Virus record (IMG/VR): IMGVR_UViG_3300036987_000310
Span: 288,001 to 352,000 of that record
Reading direction: 5' to 3' (one strand)
Length of the DNA: 64,000 bases
Source: a virus
Lineage: Duplodnaviria; Caudoviricetes
Below are positions 1 to 9,894 of the stretch, one piece after another. The translations under genes and the position numbers were made by a program. The notes beneath the pieces were generated by a model. It did not search any database. It saw only the letters and a list, made by a program, of their open reading frames with translations, and was not told the DNA's origin. Every line of letters starts with the position of its first letter. Within the stretch, counting starts at the first letter, position 1.

Positions 1-1
1 T

Positions 2-580
2 GAGGGAGAGAGACTTAGAATAGATCTAAGTCGTGTGGCTAGTGCGCTTTTTGTGAACTGTGGAACGGACCTTAGAAAGATCTGTTCCGAAATCAGGAAA
101 CTCGGGGCCCTCTCCGATTCACATGACGCGATCGACCCTTCCATGGCTCGACGCGTCATGTGTTTTTCTGCTGATCTGACGCCGAAAAACGTTGTGGATG
201 CCATATGCGATGGACACCCAGCAAAGGCGCTTGCCTTTTACGACAAACTCCAAGAGAGAGGGTGTGAAACTGGGTGGGTTATAGCATACATGCAACGTCA
301 TGTCTTGCAACAGCTTCGCGCGAAAACACTTCTTGAGCAACAAGCGTCACAAGACCAGGTTTCAGCAGCGCTTGGTGTTCACCCGTTAGTTTTCAGGAAT
401 ACGATCGTTCCTAGGTTGGGTTTATGGAATGCTTCTTCTCTTCGAAAAAGTCTTGTGACTCTTTGCGACCTCGACGTTCTGCATAAGCGTGGGGTTGATG
501 TTTCTTGTTGGGGACTCGAACCTGAAATAATACGTTTGTCCGAGGAGGCCAAACAAAATGACACAAGCCGCGGGAGTTGA
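2..580 (+). CDS. holA: DNA polymerase III delta (clamp loader) subunit, 5'-truncated by window edge
   Basis: Frame is open from base 2 (EGERLRIDLSRVASALFVNCGTDLRKICSEIRKL). G-x-DL..EI.KL motif and a C-terminal lid (AICDG..KAL..Y..L..G; LGVHP; L.DLD...KRG) fit HolA. Confidence 0.7.
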   Translation, partial: EGERLRIDLSRVASALFVNCGTDLRKICSEIRKLGALSDSHDAIDPSMARRVMCFSADLTPKNVVDAICDGHPAKALAFYDKLQERGCETGWVIAYMQRHVLQQLRAKTLLEQQASQDQVSAALGVHPLVFRNTIVPRLGLWNASSLRKSLVTLCDLDVLHKRGVDVSCWGLEPEIIRLSEEAKQNDTSRGS

Positions 581-3311
581 CACACGCTATAACGTTGTTG
601 AAATGCACAGCGCCGTATACGCGAAGAGCGACGCTGGAAAATGGGTGAGGTTTTTCACCAATGAGGGAACTCATCCGTTTGATGAAATTTTGTGGAAGAC
701 AGTCGACGCCCGCATTGTCGATCCCAAGGGAAACGTTGTTTTTGAACAGAAAAACGTTGAAGTGCCGGCCTGGTGGGGAAACACGACTGTTGGAATCGTG
801 GCGGACAAATATCTAAGAGTCATCCACGGTTCGAAAGAACGATCAGTCAAACAGATGATTAAACGTGTTGCCGAGACTCTGCGGTCTTGGGCTGAGAAAC
901 AGTCATACTTCAACACAGTGCAAGACGCAGACGTGTACGAAGATGAGCTTTGTTATGTGTTGCTGCACCAGTATGGGGCGTTCAATTCTCCTGTTTGGTT
1001 CAACATTGGTGTTCCTGGTCGAAAACAGGTTGCCAGTGCGTGTTTTATTTCAGGCGTCAAAGACACTCTTGACGACATAATGGACTTCCAGAAATCTGAA
1101 GTCAAAATCTTTGCTGGAGGGTCTGGATCCGGCGCAAATCTTTCAGATTTGCGCTCTTCTTATGAACGTCTGTCGTCCGGGTCGTTTACTTCCGGACCAT
1201 TGTCATGGATGAAGGGTCTCGACAAATACGCAGATGCCATGAAATCTGGTGGAAGCACAAGAAACGCCGCCAAGATGATTGTTATGGACATGGACCATCC
1301 TGATGTGCTGGAAACTCGTGATGGCAGGCCCGGGTTCATTAGATGCAAAGCTGCGTCTGAAAAAATCGTTCACGATCTAGCTATGCTCGGGTATAGCGTC
1401 GCTTATGACGATCCTAACTCTGTGTATAAGCTTGTCCCTTACCAGAACGCGAACCACTCTGTTAGTGTCACAGATGAGTTCATGCGTGCTGTGGAAACAG
1501 ACAAAAATTGGGTCACAGTGGAACGAACCACAGGAAAGACGGTTAAAACATATAAAGCCAAGGACTTATGGCGTGAAATTTCCGAGGCTGCTTGGATGTG
1601 CGGAGACCCCGGGATTCAATTCACTGACACCATCAATGAATGGCACACGACACCTAAGGCTGGACGCATCAAGTCCAGCAACCCTTGCAGCGAGTTTTTG
1701 AACGTGGACAACACTGCTTGCAATCTCGCAGCAATAAATTTGACGAAATTTTTTGACGGGCACCGTTTGATGTTTGACAAACTATCTCATGTTGTGCGTG
1801 TTCTTGTGACGGCACAAAATGCGATCATAGACGTGGCTGAATACCCGACAAAGCTTATCGAAAAAAATTCCCATGATCTTCGACCAATAGGGTTGAACTA
1901 TGGAAATCTCGGGTCTCTCATCATGAAGCTTGGTTATGGGTATGACTCTGACGAGGGGAGAGCTGTTGCAGCAAGGACTGCCAGCCTCATGACCGGGCTT
2001 GCATACTTGACGTCTGCAAAGCTTTCGTCGAAGACTGGGCCATTTCCGGCGTTCAATGAGAATCGGGACGACATGTTTTCAGTTATTTCAAAGCACATCG
2101 TTGCAGATGCGAACATCTGTAACAGATGGGGGCTTGACAAGGACCCCCTTGGCGACGACGTGGAGAGTCAAAGCGCTGCTGTATGGAGAGAAGCTCTAGA
2201 CCTCGGGAAGAAATACGGATACTCTGTGTCTCAAGCTACGCTGCAAGCTCCCCTTGGGACTTTGTCTTTCCTGATGGAGATGGACACCACCGGCATCGAA
2301 CCGATGTTCTCTTTGGTGTCTTACAAGTCTCTTGTTGGAGGCGGAACCCTCAAGCTCGTATGCTCGGCGGTAAAAGATGCTCTTCTCAATCTCAAGTATT
2401 CTGAGAGCGAGGCATCATCCATTTGCAAACATATTGAGGACTTTGACTCTATTGAGGGTGCGCCAGAACTTAATTCTGCCCACCTTTCTGTTTTTGACGG
2501 ATCCATGCCATCTGGGAAATCAGAAAGATGTCTTGCACCCATGGCTCACGTGAAGATGCTTGCTGCTATACAGCCCCTCATAACGTGTTCCATCAGTAAA
2601 ACTGTCAATCTTCCGGAAACGGCCACTGTTGACGAGATTTCCGACATCTATACGGAAGCGTGGAAACTTGGGGTGAAATGCATCGCCATATATAGGGACA
2701 AGTGCAAAATGTCCCAACCACTAGCTTCCAAGTCAGAGTCAGTTTCTGCTCCGAGCACTCAGCCGGGAGAGTTGCGCAGACACCTTCCGTCAAACGTGTC
2801 TGGACACCGACATCGATTCACTATTGGCGGTTCTAAGGGATACTTGATGATGAATGAGTACCCCGACGGGACGCTAGGGGAAGTCTTCCTGAAGCTCGGA
2901 AAAACCGGGTCTACCGTAGCAGGTCTCATAGACGGGTTCACTCAGCTTCTGAGCCTTGCGCTCCAGTATGGAGTTCCGTTGGACAAAATGATCAGAAGCT
3001 TTGTGCATACAAAATTCGATCCTGCTGGGTACACAGACAATCCAACCATTCGTTTTACTGATAGCCTCTATGACTATCTTTTCAAGGTTCTGGATACAAG
3101 ATACTATGGGGGCATGAATTCTGGTCTTTCGGACCGAGTTTCTATGCTTCCTGAGTCGAAAGAACACGGTGAAGAGGTGTCCTTTTCGTTGCCTCCACCT
3201 CCAACTATGAACATGAGCGCCCCAATGTGCTCGAACTGCGGAAGCATTACCAGGCGTGTTGGTACGTGCCATATGTGCTTGACATGCGGCACCAGCACAG
3301 GGTGTAGTTAA
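558..3311 (+). CDS. nrdJ: Class II (B12-dependent) ribonucleotide reductase with C-terminal TSCPD domain and Zn ribbon
   Basis: FNSPVWFN, ASACFI, SSNPCSEF (N-C-E catalytic), APLGTLS, SISKTVNLP, YRDKC, C-terminal CxxC..CxxC..GCS. Confidence 0.95.
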   Translation: MTQAAGVDTRYNVVEMHSAVYAKSDAGKWVRFFTNEGTHPFDEILWKTVDARIVDPKGNVVFEQKNVEVPAWWGNTTVGIVADKYLRVIHGSKERSVKQMIKRVAETLRSWAEKQSYFNTVQDADVYEDELCYVLLHQYGAFNSPVWFNIGVPGRKQVASACFISGVKDTLDDIMDFQKSEVKIFAGGSGSGANLSDLRSSYERLSSGSFTSGPLSWMKGLDKYADAMKSGGSTRNAAKMIVMDMDHPDVLETRDGRPGFIRCKAASEKIVHDLAMLGYSVAYDDPNSVYKLVPYQNANHSVSVTDEFMRAVETDKNWVTVERTTGKTVKTYKAKDLWREISEAAWMCGDPGIQFTDTINEWHTTPKAGRIKSSNPCSEFLNVDNTACNLAAINLTKFFDGHRLMFDKLSHVVRVLVTAQNAIIDVAEYPTKLIEKNSHDLRPIGLNYGNLGSLIMKLGYGYDSDEGRAVAARTASLMTGLAYLTSAKLSSKTGPFPAFNENRDDMFSVISKHIVADANICNRWGLDKDPLGDDVESQSAAVWREALDLGKKYGYSVSQATLQAPLGTLSFLMEMDTTGIEPMFSLVSYKSLVGGGTLKLVCSAVKDALLNLKYSESEASSICKHIEDFDSIEGAPELNSAHLSVFDGSMPSGKSERCLAPMAHVKMLAAIQPLITCSISKTVNLPETATVDEISDIYTEAWKLGVKCIAIYRDKCKMSQPLASKSESVSAPSTQPGELRRHLPSNVSGHRHRFTIGGSKGYLMMNEYPDGTLGEVFLKLGKTGSTVAGLIDGFTQLLSLALQYGVPLDKMIRSFVHTKFDPAGYTDNPTIRFTDSLYDYLFKVLDTRYYGGMNSGLSDRVSMLPESKEHGEEVSFSLPPPPTMNMSAPMCSNCGSITRRVGTCHMCLTCGTSTGCS

Positions 3312-3475
3312 TGAGAAAAGGTTTTTTTGACGTGTTGACTGACGAAGAAATGGAGCATGTTGTTCCGATTTCCAAAGAGGAAATCGATGAGGCTCTTGAA
3401 AAGGGACGTCAGGATATGGAATCGTGTGAGAAATACCGCGAGTCTCATACTCCTTCTTCGCACCTATACCGCTGA
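3311..3475 (+). CDS. Small acidic hypothetical protein (54 aa, not in ORF track)
   Basis: ATG overlaps the nrdJ stop (TAATG); MRKGFFDVLTDEEMEHVVPISKEEIDEALEKG... Confidence 0.6.
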   Translation: MRKGFFDVLTDEEMEHVVPISKEEIDEALEKGRQDMESCEKYRESHTPSSHLYR

Positions 3476-3481
3476 CATGTA

Positions 3482-3949
3482 ATGTCAGCTATGTCACAAA
3501 AACCCGATCAAATAACAATTGATATTCGGCAGCTTCGCAAAGATTTTGAGCTGCCAGAGTATCAAACAGACTCTGCAGCCGGGATGGACCTTCGGGCATC
3601 CGTTTTGGCCCCAGTGACGATATTTCCCGGGGGTCAGGCTTTGATTCCCACGGGGATTTCCGTATCCATCCCCAACGGATACGAAGGTCAGGTTAGGCCG
3701 AGGTCCGGGTTATCGGTCAAGCATGGGGTGACAGTTTTGAATTCCCCCGGCACCATAGATGCAGATTTTCGTGGAGAAGTTTGTGTCATACTGATCAATC
3801 ACGGAAAAAGCCCTTTTATAATTAACGACTCAGATCGCATAGCACAGTTTGTCATTGCTCCGGTAGCTAGAGCAAAATGGCACCCGGTTTGCTGTCTTGA
3901 TGCCACAGAACGTGGAGTGGGTGGTTATGGTTCTACTGGAACCACGTGA
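3482..3949 (+). CDS. dut: dUTPase (trimeric type)
   Basis: [37 protein letters not shown] motifs. Confidence 0.97.
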   Translation: MSAMSQKPDQITIDIRQLRKDFELPEYQTDSAAGMDLRASVLAPVTIFPGGQALIPTGISVSIPNGYEGQVRPRSGLSVKHGVTVLNSPGTIDADFRGEVCVILINHGKSPFIINDSDRIAQFVIAPVARAKWHPVCCLDATERGVGGYGSTGTT

Positions 3950-3955
3950 GGAAAC

Positions 3956-4189
3956 ATGAGTGATAGATACTCGTACGGATACGACGCCGGAAACATCGTT
4001 GACGGGGTTGTTTGTCGAGACCCCGAAACTAAGATATGTATCATAGTTGACGAAGACGGTGAGGAATTCAACCCCCAAACGGTGTTGGAGACTCTTGTCG
4101 GGAAAAAAGTCCGCATGACAATGATCTCTTTCGAGGCTCTTGAAAATATGGAAAAAATATATGAGGCAGCGGTTGGGAAAGCTGACTAA
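3956..4189 (+). CDS. Hypothetical protein
   Basis: GAGGA SD, fills the gap after dut. Confidence 0.7.
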   Translation: MSDRYSYGYDAGNIVDGVVCRDPETKICIIVDEDGEEFNPQTVLETLVGKKVRMTMISFEALENMEKIYEAAVGKAD

Positions 4190-4192
4190 TGC

Positions 4193-5287
4193 CTAGCTGT
4201 CTAAATTTTGGCTGATGTAGGGGATTACGTCGTTTCGTCGCTCTATCAGCACACGACATCCGTGAAACAACTTCAATTCATTGAACATTTTCAGATTATG
4301 TAACGATACACTTTCGATTGTCACTCCACCTATCGGAGTCGGGCTCACCTTGGCAACCGGCGTAACCCTTCCAGTGGGGCCGACTTGCCACACTACGTCC
4401 AGTACTTTAGACTCTGCTTTTTCTGACTCAAATTTCCAAGCAATTTGACCCCTTGGCCTCATGGCCACTTCGCCAAGGTTTTCAAGAGCTTGAATGTTGT
4501 CAACAGACACGACTTGTCCGTCGATATCATATGGTATGCTTTGTCTGTTTTTAGTTACGGTTTCAAAATGCTTTTGAATAGTTTCAACGTTTCCGTAAGC
4601 AGACTCTGGTGTTTTAAAGTTGAGACTCATCAGTTTTTTGAACGCCAACTGCATTGTTTTCGGCGGCGGTTCGCACTTTATCCAATATGCCAAAAATGTT
4701 AGGTTTGCGCAGTCTTCTCCGCCTTTTTTCTTTTCCCGAACCTTTGCCGCGGCCGTGTTTCGCGGGTTTGCGTATATTTCTGCATATTTTTCAGCGAAGA
4801 TGTTTTTCAGCATCACTATTTCCCCTCGAACAGTGATGCTCATGGGTTCGGGAAGGTCTTTTGGGATTGTAGGAACCTGTTTGATGTTCTTTGTTACATC
4901 CTCACCAACAAATCCATCTCCGCGAGTTACGCAGCGGATTAGTTTTCCGTGCTCATATACGAGTTCCATTGAAGACCCGTCTATCTTGTCGGTTATGTGG
5001 AATTGTTCAGCCCCAGTCTTTTTTGCCCATTGTATTAGTTCTTCCAGACTGTTTACTTTATCCAACGACCCCATTGGGATGTCATGTTTGACCTTTTCCC
5101 ACACTGAAATGACTGGGGGGCTGGCCCCGACTGCGTGAACCTCGAAATGATCTGGGCAAATTTGTTTAAGTCTATCCCGCTTTGCATCATAGACGTTGTC
5201 TGGGACCATAGGGTCAAGGTTGTAATAAGCTTCCCTATACTTTTTTAGTTCTTCGATTAGTTTTTTAGCTTCTTCGTCCATGTCCAA
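4193..5287 (-). CDS. ligA: NAD-dependent DNA ligase, N-terminal half (domain Ia, adenylation domain, OB fold)
   Basis: AYYNLDPMVPDNVYD, MGSLDK, KIDG catalytic Lys, TRGDG..GEDVT, RGEIVM, NPRNTAA, DIDGQV, IAWKF, QVGPTGRVTPVA, DVIPYI; stops right after the OB fold. Confidence 0.93.
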   Translation of the reverse strand: MDMDEEAKKLIEELKKYREAYYNLDPMVPDNVYDAKRDRLKQICPDHFEVHAVGASPPVISVWEKVKHDIPMGSLDKVNSLEELIQWAKKTGAEQFHITDKIDGSSMELVYEHGKLIRCVTRGDGFVGEDVTKNIKQVPTIPKDLPEPMSITVRGEIVMLKNIFAEKYAEIYANPRNTAAAKVREKKKGGEDCANLTFLAYWIKCEPPPKTMQLAFKKLMSLNFKTPESAYGNVETIQKHFETVTKNRQSIPYDIDGQVVSVDNIQALENLGEVAMRPRGQIAWKFESEKAESKVLDVVWQVGPTGRVTPVAKVSPTPIGGVTIESVSLHNLKMFNELKLFHGCRVLIERRNDVIPYISQNLDS

Positions 5288-5345
5288 TCTTACGCTCGAG
5301 ACGCACTAGGCTCTTTGTCCGATTGTCTTCAACAGGAGAATCCAT

Positions 5346-5804
5346 ATGACTCGCCATAGCTATGACCTTGAGCCAACCATTCGCACAGCTGCCGATGAAG
5401 ACGCCGAATGGCAACGAGTTAACTCGTACATTGCTGACGTGCTCAAGGACTGCTACGTGCTTTTTGCTAAGCTTGCGCGTCTTCGAGGGGACTTTGCTGG
5501 GTCAGAACTGGCCAAACTGGATGAGATATCATCTGGTGTTCGTGACATGGGGCAATCGCTTGCCGGATTCTCGAAAGCCTTCAACGAAGGCGAGTACTCT
5601 ATGAATAAAAAGACTCAGTTCGGGGAAGAGGGTGAAATGGATCTCCCATCTGATTTTGAGCCGACAGCTGAGGACTTTGACTTCTCCAAGCCGACTGAAG
5701 AGGAACCGACGGCTGAAGATTTCGACATGGGCGGACAGGGCGAAGAAGACCAGGGCGAAGAAGACCAGGGCGAAGAAGGCCAAGGCGAAGAAGGTCAGAA
5801 GTAA
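5346..5804 (+). CDS. Acidic hypothetical protein with EDQGE repeat tail
   Basis: AGGAG SD; EPTAEDFD x2 and EDQGE/EGQGE repeats at about 5737-5798. Confidence 0.75.
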   Translation: MTRHSYDLEPTIRTAADEDAEWQRVNSYIADVLKDCYVLFAKLARLRGDFAGSELAKLDEISSGVRDMGQSLAGFSKAFNEGEYSMNKKTQFGEEGEMDLPSDFEPTAEDFDFSKPTEEEPTAEDFDMGGQGEEDQGEEDQGEEGQGEEGQK

Positions 5805-5810
5805 CTATCT

Positions 5811-5826
5811 AGTGTAATCTGCTAAT
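5811..5826 (+). promoter_or_regulatory. Putative leaderless promoter AGTG-TAANNT-N6-ATG (ligA-C)
   Basis: AGTG TAATCT GCTAAT ATG; same geometry at 8879 and 41544. Confidence 0.55.
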
Positions 5827-6660
5827 ATGGCAGATTCTCCCGAGTTTTTTCCGATCCCAACAGAGTGTCCTTCGTGTTTTAGCCCTCTGAGCATTGAGGG
5901 TGATTTTTTATACTGTCGTTCAAAGAAGTGCCCGACAAGGTTGTTCGGGGATGTTAAAGTTTGGGTCGACCGTCTAGGACTTCTGTTTTGGGGGGATGCT
6001 CTGATCGGGTCTCTCACTGATCCGGAAAAGTCCAATTCAATAAACTCTGTGGCGGACTTATATGGAATGTCCATCGCAGATTTTGAAGAACATTGTTCTG
6101 GTTTGAAGATGGCGAAAAAGTGTTGGAAGGTTCTTCATGACAACATGTCGGTGCCGCTTGAAGTTGTCATTGCTGGGATGAACATTCCGAACCTTGGACT
6201 GTCGACAGCCACTGACATGGTGAAAGCCGGGTACGACACCGTGGACTCTGTTGTGTCGATCTCAATTGAACAGCTTATGGCCGTCCCGAACATAGGGGAA
6301 ACAACAGCAAAACAGATAAGAGCGGGCCTTGACGCAAAAGGACAATTGCTGAAAGATCTTTCTTTCCATCTTGACATACGTTGTTCAGACTCTGGCCCCC
6401 TGGCTGGCAAAAAAGTATGTATAACTGGAGACGTGTGGGCCCCAAGAAAAGCAGTTCAAAAGCTTATAGTTTCTGCTGGCGGAAGAGCTGTTGACAGCGT
6501 GTCAAAAGACACTGATGTTTTGGTGTGCGACGACGCTTCCAGTTCCTCTGGGAAGAGCAAGCGGGCGGTCGCTTACGGGATACCAATAATTAATGGGTCT
6601 GATTTGAAAAGAGTTCTTGACGGAGAGATTGACTTGAATAAGTTGGTTGCTGAACGATGA
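5827..6660 (+). CDS. ligA: NAD-dependent DNA ligase, C-terminal half (Zn finger, HhH, BRCT)
   Basis: PTECPSC..LYC....C Zn finger; IPNLG and VPNIGETTAKQI HhH; LAGKKVCITG..VSKDTDVLV..GKSKRAVAYGIPII BRCT. Confidence 0.9.
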   Translation: MADSPEFFPIPTECPSCFSPLSIEGDFLYCRSKKCPTRLFGDVKVWVDRLGLLFWGDALIGSLTDPEKSNSINSVADLYGMSIADFEEHCSGLKMAKKCWKVLHDNMSVPLEVVIAGMNIPNLGLSTATDMVKAGYDTVDSVVSISIEQLMAVPNIGETTAKQIRAGLDAKGQLLKDLSFHLDIRCSDSGPLAGKKVCITGDVWAPRKAVQKLIVSAGGRAVDSVSKDTDVLVCDDASSSSGKSKRAVAYGIPIINGSDLKRVLDGEIDLNKLVAER

Positions 6661-8873
6661 CTATGGAAGAGTTTACTTGCAAAGTTCAGAGCGTTGTCTT
6701 TTCAAATAGGCAAACCGGCTTTTTCGTGTTGAAGACGACGCTTGATGGCACATCAAAGCCGATGACTGTACGTGGAAGCTTCCCTGGAGTGAGCATAGAC
6801 GCTGGTCTGAAAATACGCGTCAAGGGACGGCATGAGGACAACCCCACATATGGGAAACAATTCAACGCAACTACGTGTGAGATTGTGCCGGAGCTTGGAA
6901 AAATCGGTGTGATCAGTTATCTCACAAGCCACGTCAAATCAGTGGGGCCCGTCACTGCATCAAAGCTATACGACGCGTTCGGGGATAATCTTCTTGACGT
7001 GCTGGAAAACAATCCGGACCAGATACGCAGTTTGTCGTTTTTGACGAAGCCCCAAATTACTGCCATTTTGGAAGAGTGGAATTCAGCTTCCGCAATGAGG
7101 ACCTCCTCGATATTTTTAACTGATCTGGGGCTGAACGCTTTTCAGTTGAAATCGGCCTTCGGGATGTTTGGGTCGGAGGTTCGGAAAATTGTTGAAACGA
7201 ATCCGTACGATTTGTGCATGTGTGCAGGAATCGGCTTTGCTACAGCTGACAGTGTTGCTAGACGTCTTGGGATAGAGGTGGATGACCCGAGACGGGTCAA
7301 AGCAATGATCCTTTTTTTCATGAATGACCTGTCCCAGTCGGAAGGCCATGTGAGCGTGACTTCAGGACAAATTCTAGAACATTCAAAAAAAGCTTTTAAA
7401 AGATATAATCTTGAACCTTTTTCTCATGGAGACTATCTTCTAGACACTTCTTTCTATTCGCAAATAATGGAGCTCAAAGCCAGCAAAGACATTGTGTGCG
7501 ATGGGTTGAATTTGTATCTTCCCCACCATTGGCTTCATGAATTTGAATCTGCAAAACAAGTTTCGTCCATCATAGACTGTGGTGGTGTAGACTTTGACCT
7601 TGATGAAATGATTGCTGAATTTGAGGCGGCAAAGAAGCTAAAACTGTCGGACGATCAGAAACTGGCTGTTTCACTACTAAAAAACTCCAGGATGTGTGTG
7701 ATATCCGGGTATCCTGGAACTGGAAAGACGACTCTGGTCTCTGCTTTTGTGCATGTTTTTGAACGCATGAACCTTGACTATGCGCTCATGTCTCCTACTG
7801 GAATAGCTGCTAAGCGTTTGTCTCAGGTGACAAACAAGCCAGCATACACCATCCATCGCGCTCTTGGATGTGACCGAGAAGGACAATGGGAGTTCAATGC
7901 TGCCAACAAATACTCGGTTGATGCTGTAATAGTTGACGAGGTTAGCATGGTTGACGCGTCAACTTTCTACCATTTAATCACAGCTCTTCCTCCAACAACA
8001 ATAGTCGTGCTTGTTGGGGATTCAGCTCAGTTGCCGTCTGTTGGAGCGGGGTACGTACTCCATGAACTTATGAAATGTGAGCGTGTTCCGCATGTTTCCT
8101 TGACTAGAATCTATCGTCAAGAAGGATGCTCAGATATCATAGAAGTTGCTCATAAAATTTTGCGCGGAGAACAAGTTGACTCGTCTTTCAACAAGGAGTC
8201 TGAATTTGTTTTTTTCTCCATGCCGATTGACTCAATACTTCCTGAAATCAGCAAACTAACCTCCATGATGAAGGAGAAAAAGTCAAACTTTCAGGTCATA
8301 GCGCCAGTATACGATGGAGACTTGGGAGTAAATAACTTGAACAGAAGTCTTCGGGGGACTCTCAATGCTGATTTTGTCGATGGAAAAGCTTCTAAGATCA
8401 AACACGGTGACGCCGACATGTTTGAGGGGGATCGTGTCATGGTCATCAGGAATGACTATGACCGAATGGTTTTCAACGGGGACGTCGGGAAGGTTCAGCG
8501 CATTTCAATAAAGCAGGACGAAGTTGAAGTCAGGGTTTTTAACTGGTTCGATTCGACTGCTAGAGTTCCTAGATATGTGGATAAAGTCTTCACGTTCAAA
8601 ATTGAAGAAGCAAGATCCATGTTGAAAGTTGCGTACGCTTGCACAGTGCACAAAGTTCAGGGACAAGAGTTTGATTATGTCATTCTTCCTATGACAATGA
8701 AATACGGGATAATGTTGTATAGGAATTTGGTGTATACAGCAATAACTCGAGCCAAAAAGAAAGTGTTTGTGTTCGGGGACCCGACAGCTTTTAGCTTCGC
8801 AATTAGAAACGATCGTGAGACCATTCGAAATTCAAACCTGTCTGGACTTGTGACCTCCAGTAAGTTTGAGTGA
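6657..8873 (+). CDS. recD2: RecD2-like SF1B helicase
   Basis: N-terminal OB/HhH (G+.V.G..E..P.YG.QF; NPY.L; GIGF.TAD..A), GYPGTGKT, APTGIAAKR-like, IVDEVSMVD, VGDSAQLPSVGAG, YACTVHKVQGQE, LVYTAITRAK. Confidence 0.93.
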   Translation: MTMEEFTCKVQSVVFSNRQTGFFVLKTTLDGTSKPMTVRGSFPGVSIDAGLKIRVKGRHEDNPTYGKQFNATTCEIVPELGKIGVISYLTSHVKSVGPVTASKLYDAFGDNLLDVLENNPDQIRSLSFLTKPQITAILEEWNSASAMRTSSIFLTDLGLNAFQLKSAFGMFGSEVRKIVETNPYDLCMCAGIGFATADSVARRLGIEVDDPRRVKAMILFFMNDLSQSEGHVSVTSGQILEHSKKAFKRYNLEPFSHGDYLLDTSFYSQIMELKASKDIVCDGLNLYLPHHWLHEFESAKQVSSIIDCGGVDFDLDEMIAEFEAAKKLKLSDDQKLAVSLLKNSRMCVISGYPGTGKTTLVSAFVHVFERMNLDYALMSPTGIAAKRLSQVTNKPAYTIHRALGCDREGQWEFNAANKYSVDAVIVDEVSMVDASTFYHLITALPPTTIVVLVGDSAQLPSVGAGYVLHELMKCERVPHVSLTRIYRQEGCSDIIEVAHKILRGEQVDSSFNKESEFVFFSMPIDSILPEISKLTSMMKEKKSNFQVIAPVYDGDLGVNNLNRSLRGTLNADFVDGKASKIKHGDADMFEGDRVMVIRNDYDRMVFNGDVGKVQRISIKQDEVEVRVFNWFDSTARVPRYVDKVFTFKIEEARSMLKVAYACTVHKVQGQEFDYVILPMTMKYGIMLYRNLVYTAITRAKKKVFVFGDPTAFSFAIRNDRETIRNSNLSGLVTSSKFE

Positions 8874-8878
8874 CCCGA

Positions 8879-8894
8879 AGTGTAACTTAGGGTC
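8879..8894 (+). promoter_or_regulatory. Putative leaderless promoter (mre11/sbcD operon)
   Basis: AGTG TAACTT AGGGTC ATG. Confidence 0.55.
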
Positions 8895-9893
8895 ATGTCC
8901 GAAATTCGGTTTCTGACTTCTTCAGACGAACATCTGTCCGATCAAACTCCGGGCTTCCGAAAAGACGATTATCGCGCAGCGATATTTTCGAAGCTTCGCT
9001 GGCAGGGAACTGCTGCTCGGAAATTCGGCGCAGATGCCGTGTTGCGCGGTGGCGATTATTTTCACGTAAAAATGGCTAACCGAACTTCCATGGCCACCAT
9101 GATAGAATCCATGGCCATACATGGTGGGTATCCATGCCCGACATATTCCATTGTTGGAAACCATGACATGGTGTATAACGACCCCACAACTTTATGCAGA
9201 CAGCCGTTGGGTGTTTTATTTGAGTCAGGTGTTTTTAAGCGACTAAAAGAAGAAGTTTTTGAATCTGGGTCGCTTAGTGTTCGCGTGGTGGGGGTTGATT
9301 ATACGCCAAGCATGACTACTTCTGTGTTGTGTGAATTGGTCAAGTCGAAAGGACACTCCCACACAGTTGCTGTGGTCCACTCTTTGGCCGAAATGTCTCC
9401 CTCTCAAAGAACACAGTCTTTCTTTAATGAAGAAATTTTAGACTATCGCGACTTGGTATTCCCCGGGTGTCCGGACGTGTACGTGTTTGGCCATTATCAT
9501 AAAGATCAGTCAATCGTGGAGCACATGGGGATCCATTTTGTTAACTTGGGGGCCGTTTCCCGTGGGGCACTGACTGTCGACAATCTTGAGCGCAAGCCAA
9601 AGATTTCGCTAATAAAGTTTGACAGTTCCGGTTTGTCCATTGAGGAACAAGTCGTACCTCATGAGGATGCTTCTCGTGTGTTTGATCTTGACAGAAAACA
9701 GGCAGCTGAAGACGGAAAAAAATCCATGGAGGCATTTCTTGACAAGTTGCGCACTAATGCCGCTATGATTGGTGGGAATGACATCAAAATGCGCATGAAA
9801 CGCTTCATGGAATCTGACGAGTTTTCTTTTGACGAAAAAAAAGCTGTTCGCGAGGTGTTTGAAGCCGCGGAAGCTGGCCAAGAGGAACTTTGA
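8895..9893 (+). CDS. Mre11/SbcD-like metallophosphoesterase nuclease
   Basis: SDEH, GGDYFH, GNHD, VHS, GHYH, NLGAVSR calcineurin-like motifs. Confidence 0.85.
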   Translation: MSEIRFLTSSDEHLSDQTPGFRKDDYRAAIFSKLRWQGTAARKFGADAVLRGGDYFHVKMANRTSMATMIESMAIHGGYPCPTYSIVGNHDMVYNDPTTLCRQPLGVLFESGVFKRLKEEVFESGSLSVRVVGVDYTPSMTTSVLCELVKSKGHSHTVAVVHSLAEMSPSQRTQSFFNEEILDYRDLVFPGCPDVYVFGHYHKDQSIVEHMGIHFVNLGAVSRGALTVDNLERKPKISLIKFDSSGLSIEEQVVPHEDASRVFDLDRKQAAEDGKKSMEAFLDKLRTNAAMIGGNDIKMRMKRFMESDEFSFDEKKAVREVFEAAEAGQEEL

Positions 9894-9894
9894 C

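Noticed and set aside
558-3311. Intron or intein in nrdJ
   Set aside because: The ORF is continuous with normal motif spacing and no splice-junction signatures.
4190-5826. Invertible segment that would rejoin ligA
   Set aside because: No inverted repeats at the two junctions by eye, no recombinase in the window, and each half has its own start and promoter-like motif.
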